From positions 1 through 63,897 of the IMG/VR virus record IMGVR_UViG_3300046782_000223: 63,897 bases of DNA. One strand, 5' to 3'. The position numbers and the translations under genes were made by a program. The first letter of the stretch is position 1. Each line of letters opens with the position of its first letter. Of the stretch, positions 62,637-63,897 are shown one piece after another. The DNA is from a virus. Taxonomy: Duplodnaviria; Caudoviricetes. Below the pieces are notes generated by a model. The model had not been told where the DNA came from, searched no databases, and saw nothing but the letters and a program-made list of their open reading frames with translations.

Positions 62637-63654
62637 CCGCTACTACTCCAAGAAGGACGCCAAGGGCGCATTCGATCCGCAGGTCGGCGCGGCGGCCCAG
62701 GCGCAGACCGCCCTAGCCCAGCACACCCAGGACTGGAACGAGAAGTTCTACAACGAACAGGTCGCGCCGGTCCTGCAGCAGATGACCAAGGAGAGCGAGG
62801 TCAACCTCGGTCGCCAAGGCGAACTGTTCGACCTGAACATGGCCCAGGCCAAGCAGGCCGCGGACCGCTACAACACCCTCGGCATCCCTGCCGAGGATGC
62901 CTACTACAAGATGGTCAAGGACTACTCCGCGCCTGATGAGCAGGAGCGGCAGGCGCGGGCGGCGCTGGGTGACGTGCGCACGGCGGCGGCCAGTCAGCAG
63001 CAGCAGATGCAGCGCCGGTTCTCCGGTCTCGGCATTGACCCCACCAGCCCGGCCGCGCTGTCGGCGCAGAGCGACATCGCCGTTCAGCAGGCCGCGACTG
63101 AAGCCGGCGCGGCGACGCGCGCCCGCGAGGCGGCCAAGACCTTGGGCATGCAGCTGACCGGCGACGCCGCCAACTTCGGGCGCGGCGGCCAGTCCGGCAT
63201 CCTGGGGTTCGGCAACGCCGCCGGCGGGGCGGCGAGCGCGGCAGCGAGCGGGGCGGCGACGGCGGCGGGCGTCGCGCCCGGCGGCGCGGCCAATGTGAAC
63301 GCGGGTCTCGGGCTGGCGCAGAAGGCGTACGGCTCCAACCTCGACGCCTACACCACGCTCAACAAGTCCTCGATGGATCAGACCAGCGCCGCCTACCAGG
63401 GTCTGGGTCAGGCGGTCGGCGGGGCGGCGTCGGCGATCAAGTGGTCGGATCGGGAGCTCAAGACGCACACCAAGAAGATCGCCACCCTGGCGCATGGCAT
63501 CGGGCTGTGGCTGTTCAACTACATCTGGGATGCGCACGACGCGCCGCTGCGCTGCGGATACATGGCTGACGAGGTTGAGCCGATCTTCCCGGGAGCGGTC
63601 TTCACCGGGCCGGGCGGATACAAGCAGCTTGACTATAGCAAGGTGCTGGTCTGA
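62629..63654 (+). CDS. Internal virion/ejection protein with C-terminal peptidase S74 (intramolecular chaperone)-like domain
   Basis: Ala/Gln-rich helical body; SD.ELK...F.Y.....G.MA.EV....P.AV....GY...DY. Confidence 0.75.
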   Translation: MRDRYYSKKDAKGAFDPQVGAAAQAQTALAQHTQDWNEKFYNEQVAPVLQQMTKESEVNLGRQGELFDLNMAQAKQAADRYNTLGIPAEDAYYKMVKDYSAPDEQERQARAALGDVRTAAASQQQQMQRRFSGLGIDPTSPAALSAQSDIAVQQAATEAGAATRAREAAKTLGMQLTGDAANFGRGGQSGILGFGNAAGGAASAAASGAATAAGVAPGGAANVNAGLGLAQKAYGSNLDAYTTLNKSSMDQTSAAYQGLGQAVGGAASAIKWSDRELKTHTKKIATLAHGIGLWLFNYIWDAHDAPLRCGYMADEVEPIFPGAVFTGPGGYKQLDYSKVLV

Positions 63655-63895
63655 TGGGCATTGGACTTGGGCTGTTCGCCGGCGGCGTGGCCAAGGGCTA
63701 TCAGGAGTTCGAGGAGCTCAAGAACAAGCGCGCCGCGGCCGACGCCCAACGTGTCGAGGCGCAGATCAAGAAGAAGGCGCTGGATGATCAGCTGACGGAA
63801 CAGCAGATCACCAAGTCCGCCCCGCAGATCGGGGCCAAGGTGATCGGGCTGGGCGGCGTCGACAGCTACTACACGCCGCAGCGAAGCGCCGCGAT
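63654..63895 (+). CDS. N-terminal part of the CDS that continues at 2..1930 (MGIGLGLFAGG...)
   Basis: TGATG coupling; in frame with GTG 63840, which equals position 71. Confidence 0.8.
   Translation, partial: MGIGLGLFAGGVAKGYQEFEELKNKRAAADAQRVEAQIKKKALDDQLTEQQITKSAPQIGAKVIGLGGVDSYYTPQRSAA
63770..63895. repeat. Terminal direct repeat, right copy
   Basis: Identical to 1-126; the last two bases of the window (ag) do not match. Confidence 0.95.
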
Positions 63896-63897
63896 AG

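Overview
The window looks like one complete, circularly permuted, GC-rich tailed-phage genome of about 63.77 kb: positions 1-126 recur at 63770-63895. It has a short-tailed (podovirus-type) gene set, and the host is probably an alphaproteobacterium (Caulobacteraceae-like KGG protein, apparent GANTC avoidance). There are two arms that diverge at about 42.3-42.5 kb and converge at 9292-9295. The + strand arm (42.7 kb to the end, wrapping to 9.3 kb) encodes terminase, portal, scaffold, capsid, adaptors, three fibre/adhesin modules, a nozzle, a GNAT and ejection proteins, including a 2454-aa multidomain protein. The - strand arm (42.1 to 9.3 kb) carries many small accessory genes, an M28-like peptidase, a MoxR-type ATPase/VWA pair, PolA, nucleases, an SNF2 helicase, an SSB-like protein and a primase-helicase. 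The strongest unexplained signal is an 18-bp palindrome, AATTGCC-N4-GGCAATT, found 11 times, only in the - strand arm and mostly just upstream of ribosome-binding sites. Also notable: an island of secreted Ser/Thr-rich and very small membrane proteins, no recognisable endolysin or integrase, an internal twin-arginine-like signal in the giant virion protein, and strong avoidance of several 5-6 bp motifs. All family assignments come from motif recognition by eye; no database searches were run.
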